A stretch of DNA of 37,639 nt from an uncultured Lentisphaeria bacterium (lineage in GTDB: Bacteria; Verrucomicrobiota; Lentisphaeria; Victivallales; Victivallaceae). A program made the translations under genes and the position numbers. The stretch spans positions 1-37,639 of the forward strand of contig CAIMFA010000686.1 of the NCBI GenBank assembly GCA_903840185.1, given 5' to 3'. This document shows, one piece after another, positions 1 to 9,533 of the stretch; position 1 is the first letter of the stretch, and the number at the start of each line of letters is the position of its first letter. Below the pieces are notes generated by a model. The model saw nothing but the letters and a program-made list of their open reading frames with translations. It was not told where the DNA came from and did not search any database.

Positions 1-235
1 AAAATTGATTGCGAAGATTTTGAGAATTGGTTCGTATTCTGAGAGGCTGCCGATACCGGGGTATCGAAGGCCTCGAAGAGTGCGAATCCAAACTCGAAAG
101 ATCGCAACCGCTTTGCGGCGAGCGTCTTGCGGCCGTATTTTTCCGTTCCTTCTTCAGGCGATATTCATATCGCCAATCAGTCGGATCGAAAAAATCCAAT
201 CCACAATCCTGCGCGTCTATTCTTAAATTTTCAGC
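1..235 (+). repeat. Window-truncated second, diverged copy of the structured element at 22211..22482
   Basis: Blocks collinear with the 22211..22482 element: gattgcg (7-13 vs 22241-22247); stem-loop gaggctg-cgatacc-(loop)-ggtatcg (41-75 vs 22273-22310); ctcg.a.ag..cg.atcc (72-89 vs 22307-22324); cgcaaccg (103-110 vs 22338-22345); palindrome ggcgatattcatatcgcc (167-184 vs cccgatattcatatcggg 22392-22409). Hairpin stems differ by compensatory changes. The left end is cut by the window edge. Strand is tentative, based on G.U wobbles. Confidence 0.5.
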
Positions 236-423
236 TGTGCAGAGTATGTACAGTTGAAAAAATAATGATACATTATTTTTCCGATTTTTCAAGTATAAAA
301 TTCGCTGGAAGTAACAGTTTTGTAAAAAGATTTTACGCTTTATTTCAAAAATTACATTTTTGAAATAAAATATCGGGATTTTTATCTTCTGTCGTTTTTT
401 ATTTCCGGATTGGCGGCAGTTCT

Positions 424-3400
424 CTATTTTACCGTAACGGCAGTTTTTTCCGGGGATGCCGGATAAACATTTTTTGCTTTGCCGAATCTATGCCTGAGAT
501 ATTCAATACAGACGAAGAATACCGGCGTAACATACAGAGTCAGCAGTTGTGAGAATAACAGCCCGCCGACCAGCGTGATCCCCAGGGGCCTTCTGGCTTC
601 ACCGCCGCCGCCGATGCCGATTGCCAGCGGAATGCCGGCCATAATTGCCGCCGCGGAAGTCATCATAATCGGGCGGAAACGCACCAGACAGGCCTCGATA
701 ATCGCCTCCTTCGCCGATTTGCCGTGCTCGCGCTGCGACACAATCGCAAAGTCAATCATCATAATCCCGTTTTTCTTGACAATCCCCACCAGCATGATGA
801 TCCCGACGAATGCATAGAGCGAAAGCTCGATATTGCAAATCAGCAGGGACAGCAGCGCGCCGAATCCGGCGAACGGCAGCGCCGTAAGAATCGTTATTGG
901 ATGGAGATAATCTTCGTAAAGGATGCCCAGAATGATGTAGATGACGAACACAGTGACAATCAGCAGGAGAATCATCCCTTTCATGGATTTCTGGAAAGCC
1001 TGGGCATTGCCTTGAAAATTTGCCGTGATCGTCGGAGGCATTTTATTTTTGATTTTACTATCAACCTCATCCACCGCCTGGCTCAACGCGATATCGGGTT
1101 TAAGGTTGAAGGAGATCGTAACTGAAGGCAGTTGTCCGGAATGGTTGACCGTAAGCGGCCCGGCGGCGCGATTGACTTTGACCAGATCGCTCAACGGCAC
1201 CAGCTGCCCGGACTGTGATCGAACGTAAAGCAGGGACAGCGCCTCCTGGGTCATCTTGTAATCATCTTTCAATTCCATCAAGACGCTGTATTGATTGTCC
1301 GGCGCGTAAATAGTCGAAATCTTTCTTTCGCCGAACGCGCTGTAAAGCGCATTTTCAATCTGGGTGGCGGAAATATTCATCAGCGAGGCTTTTTCGCGGT
1401 TGAGCTCCAGATTAAGCTGCGGATTGGTGACCCGCAGATCGCTGGTCACGTCCTGGATTGTGGCAAACTTTGACATTTCCTTTTCGGCCTTGCCGGCGAA
1501 ACTGTATAATTCGGCGATGTCCGAGCCCTGCAGGGTGAATTGATACTGCGCTTTAGATATTCTCCCGCCGGTGTTGATTGACGGAAGCATCTGAACATAA
1601 ACGTTCAATCCGGGAATATCCGTAAATTTTTTACGCAGATCCCGCATGATATCCTGAGCAGTCCTTTTTCTTTCGCTGCGCGCTTTCAGCCGCATGAAGA
1701 GCATACCGGAATTTCCGGTCATAGTCATGCCGCCGGCGCCGGCGCGGCACATGAATGCCTCCACATCCGGGTCCGCCATGACAATTTTCGCCGCCGCAAT
1801 CTGGTGTTCTTTCATTGATTCATAAGAAATCCCCTGCGCGGCTTCGGTCTGCGCCAGCAGCGCATTGATATCTTCATCGGGAATAAATCCTTTGGGAATA
1901 ACCGCAAAAAGAACGCCGGTGCCGGCAAGAATGATAAATGAAAAAATCATGACGAGAACCCAGTGGCCGATGGTCCAGCGCAGGGTTTTATCATAAAAAG
2001 CCAGAATTCCGGTTTTTGGTTCGGAACCGTCTACTGATTCTTTGTCCAGTTTTACCATGTGCGGTTTAAGGAACAAGCTGGCCAGCATCGGAATCAAAGT
2101 CAGGGCGACCACCCCGGAAACCAGCACCGCAATCGCAATCGTCACGCCGAATTCCTGGAAAAGCCGGCCGATAATCCCCCCCATGAACAGCACCGGGATA
2201 AACACCGCGGAAAGCGACAGCGTCATCGAAACGATCGTAAACGCGATCTCGCCGGAACCGTCAAGCGCCGCCTGATATACCGACTTGCCCATCTCCAGAT
2301 GGCGGAAAATATTTTCCAGCATGACAATCGCATCGTCAACCACAAAGCCGATGGACAGTGTCAATGCCATCAATGAAAGATTGTCCAGACTGTAGCCCAG
2401 CAGATACATGGCCACGAAGGTGCCAACAATGGACATCGGCAGCGTAAGGCTGGGAATAACCGTGGCGCGGATATTCCGCAGAAACCAGTAAATAACGAGG
2501 ATAACCAGAAATAAAGTCAGCAGCATGGTGAATTTAACATCCGCCACCGAGGATTTGATCGGTTCGGAACGGTCAAACATCACGACCATTTTTACCGACG
2601 CCGGAAGCTGTTTGCCGATAATCACCAGCGCCTCTTTGACTGCCGTCGCGACTTGCACCGTATTGGTCCCCGGCTGGCGCTGAATCCCCAGGATGATTGA
2701 CGAGGACATTTTTCCGCCCTGGCAGAACCACGCCTGGGTTTTGCTGGTTTCCACGCTGTCATATACTTCCGCCACGTCCTGCAACCGTATCGGCGCGCCA
2801 TCCCGGTAACCGACAACAATGCGTTTATAATAGTCGGCGCGGTACAACTGACCGTTGGTCTGGATGGTATAGGAGTTATAGCGCCCGTCAATCGTCCCGG
2901 TCGGCAGGTTGACATTGGCATTCTGGATTGCCGTCTGAATTTCATCGATCCCGATTTTCCATGAGGAAAGCAATTTCGGGTCAAGCTGGATCCTCACCGC
3001 GTATTTTTTTGAGCCGAGCACCTGGACCTGTGCAACGCCGTCAATTGTCGAGAGCCGCTGTGAGATCAGCGTCTGCGCATAATAATCCAGCATGGACAAC
3101 GGCTGAGTCGGACTGGTAAGCGCGACATACAGAATCGGCTGGTCGCCGGGGTTAAGCTTGAGGTAAGTCGGCGGGCTGGGCATATCCGAGGGGAGCTGTT
3201 TGAGCGTCTGCGATATTGCCGACTGCACGTCCTGCGCCGCGGAATCAATATTGCGGTCAAGGCTGAATTGCAGAGTAATCGCGGTCGTTCCCAGGGCGCT
3301 GGAAGAGGTCATGGTGTCCAGGCCGGCGATGGTCGAGAACTGCTTTTCCAGCGGGGTGGCCACTGCCGAGGCCATGGTTTCCGGACTTGCGCCCGGAAGA

Positions 3401-3549
3401 CTCGCCTGAACCAGGATTATCGGAATATCAACGTTCGGCAGGTCGCTTACCGGGAGCTTGGGATAAGACATCAGCCCGAAAATCAGGATACCCAGCGTCA
3501 GCAGCGTCGTCATCACCGGACGCGTAATAAAGATCCTGGAGATATTCAT
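424..3549 (-). CDS. RND efflux transporter permease (AcrB/MdtB/MdtC-type inner-membrane pump)
   Basis: 1041-aa ORF. The N-terminus MNISRIFITRPVMTTLL...LPVSDLPNVDIPII is typical of the family, with two large periplasmic loops and about 12 hydrophobic helices. It lies 8 nt downstream of an adaptor gene. Confidence 0.92.
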   Translation of the reverse strand: MNISRIFITRPVMTTLLTLGILIFGLMSYPKLPVSDLPNVDIPIILVQASLPGASPETMASAVATPLEKQFSTIAGLDTMTSSSALGTTAITLQFSLDRNIDSAAQDVQSAISQTLKQLPSDMPSPPTYLKLNPGDQPILYVALTSPTQPLSMLDYYAQTLISQRLSTIDGVAQVQVLGSKKYAVRIQLDPKLLSSWKIGIDEIQTAIQNANVNLPTGTIDGRYNSYTIQTNGQLYRADYYKRIVVGYRDGAPIRLQDVAEVYDSVETSKTQAWFCQGGKMSSSIILGIQRQPGTNTVQVATAVKEALVIIGKQLPASVKMVVMFDRSEPIKSSVADVKFTMLLTLFLVILVIYWFLRNIRATVIPSLTLPMSIVGTFVAMYLLGYSLDNLSLMALTLSIGFVVDDAIVMLENIFRHLEMGKSVYQAALDGSGEIAFTIVSMTLSLSAVFIPVLFMGGIIGRLFQEFGVTIAIAVLVSGVVALTLIPMLASLFLKPHMVKLDKESVDGSEPKTGILAFYDKTLRWTIGHWVLVMIFSFIILAGTGVLFAVIPKGFIPDEDINALLAQTEAAQGISYESMKEHQIAAAKIVMADPDVEAFMCRAGAGGMTMTGNSGMLFMRLKARSERKRTAQDIMRDLRKKFTDIPGLNVYVQMLPSINTGGRISKAQYQFTLQGSDIAELYSFAGKAEKEMSKFATIQDVTSDLRVTNPQLNLELNREKASLMNISATQIENALYSAFGERKISTIYAPDNQYSVLMELKDDYKMTQEALSLLYVRSQSGQLVPLSDLVKVNRAAGPLTVNHSGQLPSVTISFNLKPDIALSQAVDEVDSKIKNKMPPTITANFQGNAQAFQKSMKGMILLLIVTVFVIYIILGILYEDYLHPITILTALPFAGFGALLSLLICNIELSLYAFVGIIMLVGIVKKNGIMMIDFAIVSQREHGKSAKEAIIEACLVRFRPIMMTSAAAIMAGIPLAIGIGGGGEARRPLGITLVGGLLFSQLLTLYVTPVFFVCIEYLRHRFGKAKNVYPASPEKTAVTVK

Positions 3550-3556
3550 ATCCTGC

Positions 3557-4723
3557 TCACTTTTTCGCCGGGTTGTTCTCGGTTACCGACAGGCTGGACT
3601 GGACTTTCACCTTCGCTTCAGGATAAAGCCGGATGTGGCCGTCGGTCACAACAGTATCGCCGGCATTAATGCCGGATTTGATAATCGCCTCTTTGCCGGC
3701 AAAGCGTTCGATGATTACAGGCCGCATGGCGATCGTATCGCCGGGCTGGATGATAAAAACATAACTTCCATCCTGACTGGTCTGAACCGCTTGAGAAGGC
3801 ACTACAATTCTGTCCTTGTCAATCGCCATAGTCAGAACAACATCGACGTACTGGCCCGGCCAGAGCCGCCCTTCCTTATTTTCAAAAGTCCCCTTAAGCC
3901 GGACGGTTCCGCTGTTGGTATTGATATTGTTGTCAATGAATGTCAGTTCGCCGCGTTCCTGTGCGCCGCCCTCTGCCGGAACTTTGGCGTCCACATACAG
4001 TTTACCGGTTTCCATATATTTCTGAATCATCGGCAGATACGCCTGCGGAACTGAAAAACTGACATAAATCGGTCTGGTCTGGGCAATATTCATAATCACC
4101 GCGTCATTCGCTTTCATGACCGCGCCTTCATGATTGATCAAATCCCCCGCATGTCCGTCTATCGGAGAACGGATGCTGCAATATTCAACATCCAGCATGG
4201 CTTTCTCCACACTTGCCTTGCTGGATTCAATCATCGCCCGCGCGGAATTGGCGATCGCCCGTATCCGCTTGGTTTCATCGGTGGCGCCGGCCCCGTGCTT
4301 GAGCAATCCTTCTTTCATCTCCGCCTGACGGTTTGCATCCTCAAAAATCACTTCATCGCGGGCCAGTGTCGCCTGGAGCTGTTTCAGCGTCGCCTCATAG
4401 GTGCGCGGGTCTATTTGAACCAGCATTTCACCTTTTTTAACATAGTCGCCGGGTTTAATATAAATTTTTTTGATCGGCCCGGTGACCATCACTTTAATCG
4501 GCACTTCGCTGTACGATTCAACATTGCCGAACGTTCTGATTTCCAGCGGCATATCTTTAAGCACCGCTTTTTCCGCCATTACCGGAACTACAGGCATAGG
4601 CTGCTTGACGGCTTCCTGCTTTGAACAGCCGGTTTGACAGAAAAGGAATAAACTCATCGCCGGAACGCCAAGACATAAATAAGCGTTTTTCAGGCAGATT
4701 GATTTAATTTTAAACAGCCGCAT
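3557..4723 (-). CDS. RND efflux periplasmic adaptor (membrane fusion protein, AcrA/HlyD family)
   Basis: 388-aa ORF with a signal or lipoprotein-like N-terminus (..LFCQTGC). It has a lipoyl-like motif VKKGEMLVQIDPRTYEATLKQLQATLARDE, a coiled-coil hairpin and a beta-barrel region. It sits directly upstream of the RND pump. GGAGAG lies about 8 nt before the ATG. Confidence 0.88.
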   Translation of the reverse strand: MRLFKIKSICLKNAYLCLGVPAMSLFLFCQTGCSKQEAVKQPMPVVPVMAEKAVLKDMPLEIRTFGNVESYSEVPIKVMVTGPIKKIYIKPGDYVKKGEMLVQIDPRTYEATLKQLQATLARDEVIFEDANRQAEMKEGLLKHGAGATDETKRIRAIANSARAMIESSKASVEKAMLDVEYCSIRSPIDGHAGDLINHEGAVMKANDAVIMNIAQTRPIYVSFSVPQAYLPMIQKYMETGKLYVDAKVPAEGGAQERGELTFIDNNINTNSGTVRLKGTFENKEGRLWPGQYVDVVLTMAIDKDRIVVPSQAVQTSQDGSYVFIIQPGDTIAMRPVIIERFAGKEAIIKSGINAGDTVVTDGHIRLYPEAKVKVQSSLSVTENNPAKK

Positions 4724-4982
4724 ATAAATCTCTCCGATCTAAACCCGTCCGCACCGACGGGAATTAAAGACAATAAAACAGGATGAGTATTATACCTCGG
4801 AAATCTCACGATTTCAATGACAAATCTGCCGTTATGGCTATTGAATTTCGGGAAAAAAGCATTTCTATTTCTGAGTAATATTCGAAATCAGACGCTATAA
4901 AAAGACTTGCCGGATACAGGATAGTTGTTTCAAATCATCAATAGCCGGACATGAAAAACCGTATCTTTTTATGTGCGTATAC

Positions 4983-5010
4983 TTGTAAATCTGCCAAAAG
5001 ACAGTATCTT
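4983..5010 (+). promoter_or_regulatory. Candidate sigma70-type promoter for tRNA-Val
   Basis: TTGTAA (4983-4988), a 16-nt spacer, then TATCTT (5005-5010), about 28 nt upstream of the mature tRNA 5' end. Pattern match only. Confidence 0.25.
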
Positions 5011-5037
5011 TTGCATCTGGTTTAAACAGTTTCATCC

Positions 5038-5114
5038 GGGCGATTAGCTCAGTTGGCTAGAGCACTTGGTTTACACCCAAGGTGTCGGGGGTTCGAGTCC
5101 CTCATCGCCCACCA
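5038..5114 (+). tRNA. tRNA-Val (anticodon TAC), CCA encoded
   Basis: Hand-folded cloverleaf: acceptor GGGCGAT/ATCGCCC, D arm GCTC-AGTTGGCTA-GAGC, anticodon arm CTTGG-TTTACAC-CCAAG, variable GTGTC, T arm GGGGG-TTCGAGT-CCCTC, discriminator A plus CCA. 77 nt. Confidence 0.93.
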
Positions 5115-5326
5115 TTTCCATCCTCAAGACAGATTCAGCAAATTTATAAAAATTGCTCTTAGTTGCGCAGTTTTAACACATTTTATTTTGCGAGGACTGA
5201 GCTATAGCCAACTAAAAAAATATGTCCATAAAACTATTTGACTGGTAAAGTTTTGCTGAAACTACTTGAGCAACAGAACCCCGTTCACTCTATCCATGCT
5301 TTTTGCCGCTAAGATATAATGAATAA

Positions 5327-5749
5327 TCAATTTCGTTTCGACTCAGTTATCGAGAGACCGCGCTTATTGATAGAAATACGTACAATGTTGTTAATTAAAG
5401 TGTCTTTCTGATAGAATCGCTTGGTTAATCGGATACCTATTGTGTCCCCGCCGACTTTTTCATTACCGACTTCATAGGTTAAAGAAATGGAGGATAAAGG
5501 ATAACCGTTAAGTAGTTTAAGCTGGTCTTCATTAAGTTTATATTCCGTTCCATCAATTTTGATTAAAAACTTATCAAACTCAAATTGCCGGTTTTGGCTT
5601 GCAATAACTTTAACATCCTTATTCTCACCAGGAGTTTTAAGACCAATTGTAACCGACTGCCAACCTAAAAAATCTATCTCGGAAGAAAATACCTGAACAG
5701 TAGAAAGGACGATACATGCAAAAATATAAAACGATACCCATGTTTTCAT
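5327..5749 (-). CDS. Small secreted hypothetical protein
   Basis: The ORF-track entry is 5327..5764. The internal ATG at 5749 (MKTWVSFYIFACIVLSTVQVFS) is preceded by GGAGGT at about 8 nt and gives a clean signal peptide. I recognise no family. Confidence 0.6.
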   Translation of the reverse strand: MKTWVSFYIFACIVLSTVQVFSSEIDFLGWQSVTIGLKTPGENKDVKVIASQNRQFEFDKFLIKIDGTEYKLNEDQLKLLNGYPLSSISLTYEVGNEKVGGDTIGIRLTKRFYQKDTLINNIVRISINKRGLSITESKRN

Positions 5750-5955
5750 AGAAGCAACCTCCATAATTACAGTAAAGATACTGTCCGGACAGAATAATTC
5801 AATCCTTAAAACATAACGGGTATAGAGTCAATACTCGCCGCAGCTTTATCTTGACTTTACATTTATCTATTCTGACTCAAATATGACAGCGTTGATTTTA
5901 TTCATTGCTTGTGTATTATTTAGTCAAAGTAGAGTAGCTTAAATAAATCATCTTT

Positions 5956-7158
5956 TCATTTTTTTAGCATTATGTGGGTTGGCTGTGGGTTATTTTCCGT
6001 TTCTTTTTCAGCTCGTTTTTTATCCAATTCGTTAAGACGCTCTATTTTCTTGGCACGCTGCTCAAGTAGTTTCTGCATGTTGGCGTCATCAACTAGAACA
6101 TAAATATCGTTTACTTTTTTAATGCCTGGATAATTGTCCAGAATGCCTCTGCTTTTGATCCCCTGAGAGTTATCCGCAATGCCTCTGTTTTTGCAGCTAA
6201 CTGAGTTTTCAGGCTGATATAATTCAAGTAATATTTTGGCTGCTTTGGGGTCTCTCATTCTAACCAGAGCATCCACATACTGGCGGCGAAAGTTGTCATT
6301 GGTCCTGGCAAACTCAGCCCAGGGTAAAAACAGGTCTGTAACCCGCAAGTCCCCGGTTTGGGATAGTACCCGCAATATAGCATAATAAATATCAAGATTA
6401 AACTCATCAAAGTCGCCTGTACTCTTTATAATTTTGTCCCATAAATTGACGCTAATGGAATGATTGTTGTTTGTAATTAAGAAAATGATATTCTGTTTTT
6501 GCGGAAATGAGGCTAACTGTAAATCATCACAGATATATTGTACGCCCTTGGCCTGGTCGAGGCGCAAGATTATTCCAAGAAGTATACCTCGAATATAGCG
6601 GTTGTTGTTATAGTCGTTGTCGGGATATTTTTCCAGCGTCTTTTCAATTGTTGGCAAGTCTGATTTTTTGACTATGTTTGGAGCTGTATTGTGCAATATA
6701 CTGACTACAGTGGATACGACTTGCTGATTATTGTTGCTGTCCAGAAGTTTCATAAAGACATCATGACATTTTTGACTTCGTATATTGCCCAAGGCGCTCA
6801 AAATCGCGGGAGACTGATTTGGCGAAGCAGTTTCCAGCATTTCCAGCAATATTGGCTCTGCTTTTGAACCGCCGATAGTTCCAAGGAGGGAAATCGCCAT
6901 TGAGGACTGGCTTTCCGGGAGATTTCTTGCCAGTAGTACCGCCGCATTAAAAAGTTGGTCTTGTTCGGAACTGGTAACGGTTTTGCTGTCCAATGCCTTG
7001 CGTAGCGCAGCAATGTCTTCCTGCTGCTTATTCAGAGTTGACCGGATTTCTGCAATGTCGCCGGCTTGCTGACTGCTTGGGGGCGTTGTGTTACAGCCTG
7101 CATTAGCCCCGGCAATTGCAATTGCGACCCAAAATGAAGTAAAATACCTTGTTTGCAT
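5956..7158 (-). CDS. Hypothetical lipoprotein with HEAT/ARM-like helical repeats and a charged C-terminal coil
   Basis: 400 aa with a lipobox ..AIAGANAGC and AAGGAGAAG upstream of the ATG. Repeat-like segments include LLGTIGGSKAEPILLEMLE...AILSALGNIRSQKCHDVFMKLLDS. The tail is K/E-rich (EQRAKKIERLNELDKKRAEKE). Confidence 0.65.
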   Translation of the reverse strand: MQTRYFTSFWVAIAIAGANAGCNTTPPSSQQAGDIAEIRSTLNKQQEDIAALRKALDSKTVTSSEQDQLFNAAVLLARNLPESQSSMAISLLGTIGGSKAEPILLEMLETASPNQSPAILSALGNIRSQKCHDVFMKLLDSNNNQQVVSTVVSILHNTAPNIVKKSDLPTIEKTLEKYPDNDYNNNRYIRGILLGIILRLDQAKGVQYICDDLQLASFPQKQNIIFLITNNNHSISVNLWDKIIKSTGDFDEFNLDIYYAILRVLSQTGDLRVTDLFLPWAEFARTNDNFRRQYVDALVRMRDPKAAKILLELYQPENSVSCKNRGIADNSQGIKSRGILDNYPGIKKVNDIYVLVDDANMQKLLEQRAKKIERLNELDKKRAEKETENNPQPTHIMLKK

Positions 7159-7287
7159 TGTAATCTTCTCCTTTATGATTAAATCAAGTATAAATATAAT
7201 ATTAGGAAATGGAGAGAATTCAAGAATTCACTTTGTGTTTTGTCTGCTTTCTCCAGGACAATGGCAAATAAAAGCATTCTTGAACAC

Positions 7288-7320
7288 GGTAGAGGTCGAG
7301 GGTTCTAGCCCCCATCGCCG
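7288..7320 (+). repeat. Degenerate tRNA 3'-end-like fragment (putative att remnant)
   Basis: gtcgagggttctagcccccatcgcc (7295-7319) aligns with the tRNA-Val T arm and 3' acceptor (5084-5110). By my hand count 22 of 27 columns are identical with one 1-nt gap. There is no matching 5' acceptor half upstream, so this is not a full tRNA. Confidence 0.4.
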
Positions 7321-7322
7321 TT

Positions 7323-9533
7323 TTACTCCGCTGGACTATTAAAGCCGCTGTTGATAATGATGTCTTTGCGCCTTGTTTCGGGAAAGACTTTCAAATCTAG
7401 AAGTCTGCCGTTACTGACAACTCCCTCAATTACGGTGTTTCTGGCGGCATGGAGTTTAAAGCTTGCGTTCCAGTGCGCAGGCCAGGCCGGCAGCAGATAT
7501 ATTTTGCCTGAATACATGTCTTCCTGCATCAGCATTGCCTGACATGTTTTGATCAGCACCCCGCCGTGATCCTGGTCCGGCACCCAGTCATAATTCGGGC
7601 CCCAGAACGCGGGGAAACGGGAGTTTTTGTCATAGTTCCCGGCCCGCTCAATGATGGCTTCCTCAACCTGATCCGCAAGGCCGAGATATGCCATGAAAAT
7701 ATCATCCTGACGCCATCCGAACACGCCTTTATCCTGGCGATATTTCAAGGCGTTTATGGCCGGAGTCAGATCCGGACTGCCAACGGCGGTTCTCCTGAAA
7801 GGAAATACCGCATAAAGCTCCGGATTCTCGCAGTTCCGCTTGTCTTCGTATTTCGCGGCCGGGGCAAACGCCTTCCCTTCTTCTGTATCGCGCAGCGGCA
7901 GTTCCGGAAGAATGCCTTTTAAATCCTGCCAGTATTTACGCTGACTCTCTGTCGTTAGTGCAGGTGACAGTCCAAGCAGGCGGTCGATAACGGCATACAA
8001 CCCTGCCAGCTCCGGCATGGGATCAGTGCAGTTCCACCAGGTCTCACAGGCCATGGCCGGATGCATGACCATAACTCCGGCATCGTCAGTCTTATAATGC
8101 TGTTCAAAAAATGTAATCACTGCCATGGCTGCCGGAATCAGTATTTCCTTCAGAAATTTCTCATCCTTTGTATGATCATAGTAGTCCTGCATCATAAACG
8201 TCAGTTCGAGCCCGGCAACCCATTCCCACTTGTGCCATCCGCTAGTCTGCAACGGATCTTCACGCAGCTCAAATGGCGCTTCCCAGCCGTAAGTTTCCGA
8301 GAAGACGGCGCCCCAGTGATACATGCATTCCGGAAAATAAGCGCCGTCATGCCCGAAATATTTCCGGGTGCGGTGGAGGCAGACTGGCAGGATATCTTCA
8401 AAATACATCCTGAACAGTGACTGCATTAAATCATAATCGCCAGAGGCGCACATGCCGATATAAGGCAGCCGGGTGTTCTGCCACCAGTATCCTCCTCCCC
8501 AGCGGCGGTAGTCGGCGTCCAGCGGCGCATCCGCGGGCGGCACTGTGAAGATGGATCCGTTGAATTTTATCGGATATCTGCCCCGTCCGCCGCAGGCATT
8601 GATAAAGCGCTGCAGATTATATGCGCGTGATACCGCCGCCACCGCTTTCGCATCCTGCTCGTCGTCCGCCGAAATATAAATATGGCTTCTGTTCCAGAAG
8701 TCATTCCACCATTTTGTGTGCGCCTGCCATCGCAGGTCATAATCCTGTTTTTCGATTTCACGGATGGTTTTAAGCATTGAATTTAACCACAGGGCAGGAC
8801 TGGAAGGATGTTCTGTCAGGACGTAAATGCAGATGTTCTGTTTTTCCGAGATTGCCGTTTCGAGCGTCCTCTCATCCAGCCGCGTGGCGTTGCCGGCCTT
8901 GATGACGGCGCCAAATGTCCGGTGCAGTATCGGATCGTTAAAACTAGGAGCATCAGCAATACCCTGATATTCCATTGTCATCGCCGGGCTGTCCGATTTT
9001 TCATTGTGATGATACCAGCCGATGCCGTCTTCAAGATTTTCGATCAGGGTATCCGGCTCCGCGAACTGCATCTTATCTTTATCCGGACAGTTCCTGTAGA
9101 TATCGCTTACCTGCGGCGGCAGCAGACAATGTTCTGTACGCCACAGTTCAATTGCCGCCTCGGCTTTCAATGGAATATTGCTGTCAACGGCAACGCCGAT
9201 GACCGGGTTATTGGCATCCACCCATATACGGATGCCGGTTTTGCTTTTGCCGGCGGCGGAACTGATGAAAATTTCTCCGGTCTTCAGTTTCAGGGTCTGC
9301 GAGAATTCCCCGTCCGAGGATACTGGCGAAGGCGTGAATTTTATTCTGACCTTGCCAACTTTCAACAGACGCGAGTCATCCCCCCAGCTGTCAGTTTTGC
9401 CGATGTAAAAGCACAAATCTCCGGACGGTTCCATCCAGACATTCAGTCCGATATCCCCGTTGCCCAGCGGCATCGAGCCGTGGTGATTTTCGCTTGGCGA
9501 ATTCCAGCTGACATCATGGTCTTCAAGTTTCAA
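7323..9533 (-). CDS. Putative cytoplasmic glycoside hydrolase, (alpha/alpha)6-type, GH95-like/DUF5703-like N-terminus
   Basis: 736 aa with no signal peptide. The N-terminal motif SMPLGNGDIGLNVW resembles the GH95/DUF5703 N-domain signature. The start codon is TTG at 9533, with AGGAGG 8 nt upstream. Family assignment is from memory of motifs only. Confidence 0.6.
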   Translation of the reverse strand: MKLEDHDVSWNSPSENHHGSMPLGNGDIGLNVWMEPSGDLCFYIGKTDSWGDDSRLLKVGKVRIKFTPSPVSSDGEFSQTLKLKTGEIFISSAAGKSKTGIRIWVDANNPVIGVAVDSNIPLKAEAAIELWRTEHCLLPPQVSDIYRNCPDKDKMQFAEPDTLIENLEDGIGWYHHNEKSDSPAMTMEYQGIADAPSFNDPILHRTFGAVIKAGNATRLDERTLETAISEKQNICIYVLTEHPSSPALWLNSMLKTIREIEKQDYDLRWQAHTKWWNDFWNRSHIYISADDEQDAKAVAAVSRAYNLQRFINACGGRGRYPIKFNGSIFTVPPADAPLDADYRRWGGGYWWQNTRLPYIGMCASGDYDLMQSLFRMYFEDILPVCLHRTRKYFGHDGAYFPECMYHWGAVFSETYGWEAPFELREDPLQTSGWHKWEWVAGLELTFMMQDYYDHTKDEKFLKEILIPAAMAVITFFEQHYKTDDAGVMVMHPAMACETWWNCTDPMPELAGLYAVIDRLLGLSPALTTESQRKYWQDLKGILPELPLRDTEEGKAFAPAAKYEDKRNCENPELYAVFPFRRTAVGSPDLTPAINALKYRQDKGVFGWRQDDIFMAYLGLADQVEEAIIERAGNYDKNSRFPAFWGPNYDWVPDQDHGGVLIKTCQAMLMQEDMYSGKIYLLPAWPAHWNASFKLHAARNTVIEGVVSNGRLLDLKVFPETRRKDIIINSGFNSPAE

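Larger units (their letters stand above)
5115..7294. mobile_element. Possible decayed tRNA-integrated islet (no integrase retained)
   Basis: Visibly more AT-rich than both flanks. Bounded by the intact tRNA-Val and by a same-orientation degenerate copy of the tRNA 3' end at 7288-7320. Carries two ORFan-like secreted or lipoprotein genes. Confidence 0.3.

Noticed and set aside
5-363. Three overlapping plus-strand ORFs at the left edge (5..226, 27..257, 127..363)
   Set aside because: They overlap each other in different frames, have Arg-rich junk-like composition, and cover the second copy of the structured repeat. A short plus-strand reading frame that ends at a TGA at 40-42 cannot be supported either.
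4744-4761. Hairpin cccgtc-cgcacc-gacggg just upstream of the adaptor gene, considered as a terminator or attenuator
   Set aside because: It has only a 6-bp stem with three T residues after it on the minus strand, and no upstream same-strand gene for it to terminate. The evidence is insufficient.
5053-5241. ORF 5053..5241 (+), 62 aa
   Set aside because: It starts inside the tRNA-Val gene and simply translates the tRNA sequence (..GFESLIAHH..).
5115-7294. An active mobile element (prophage, ICE or IS) next to tRNA-Val
   Set aside because: The islet contains no integrase, transposase, recombinase, terminal inverted repeats or phage-like genes. At most it is a decayed remnant.
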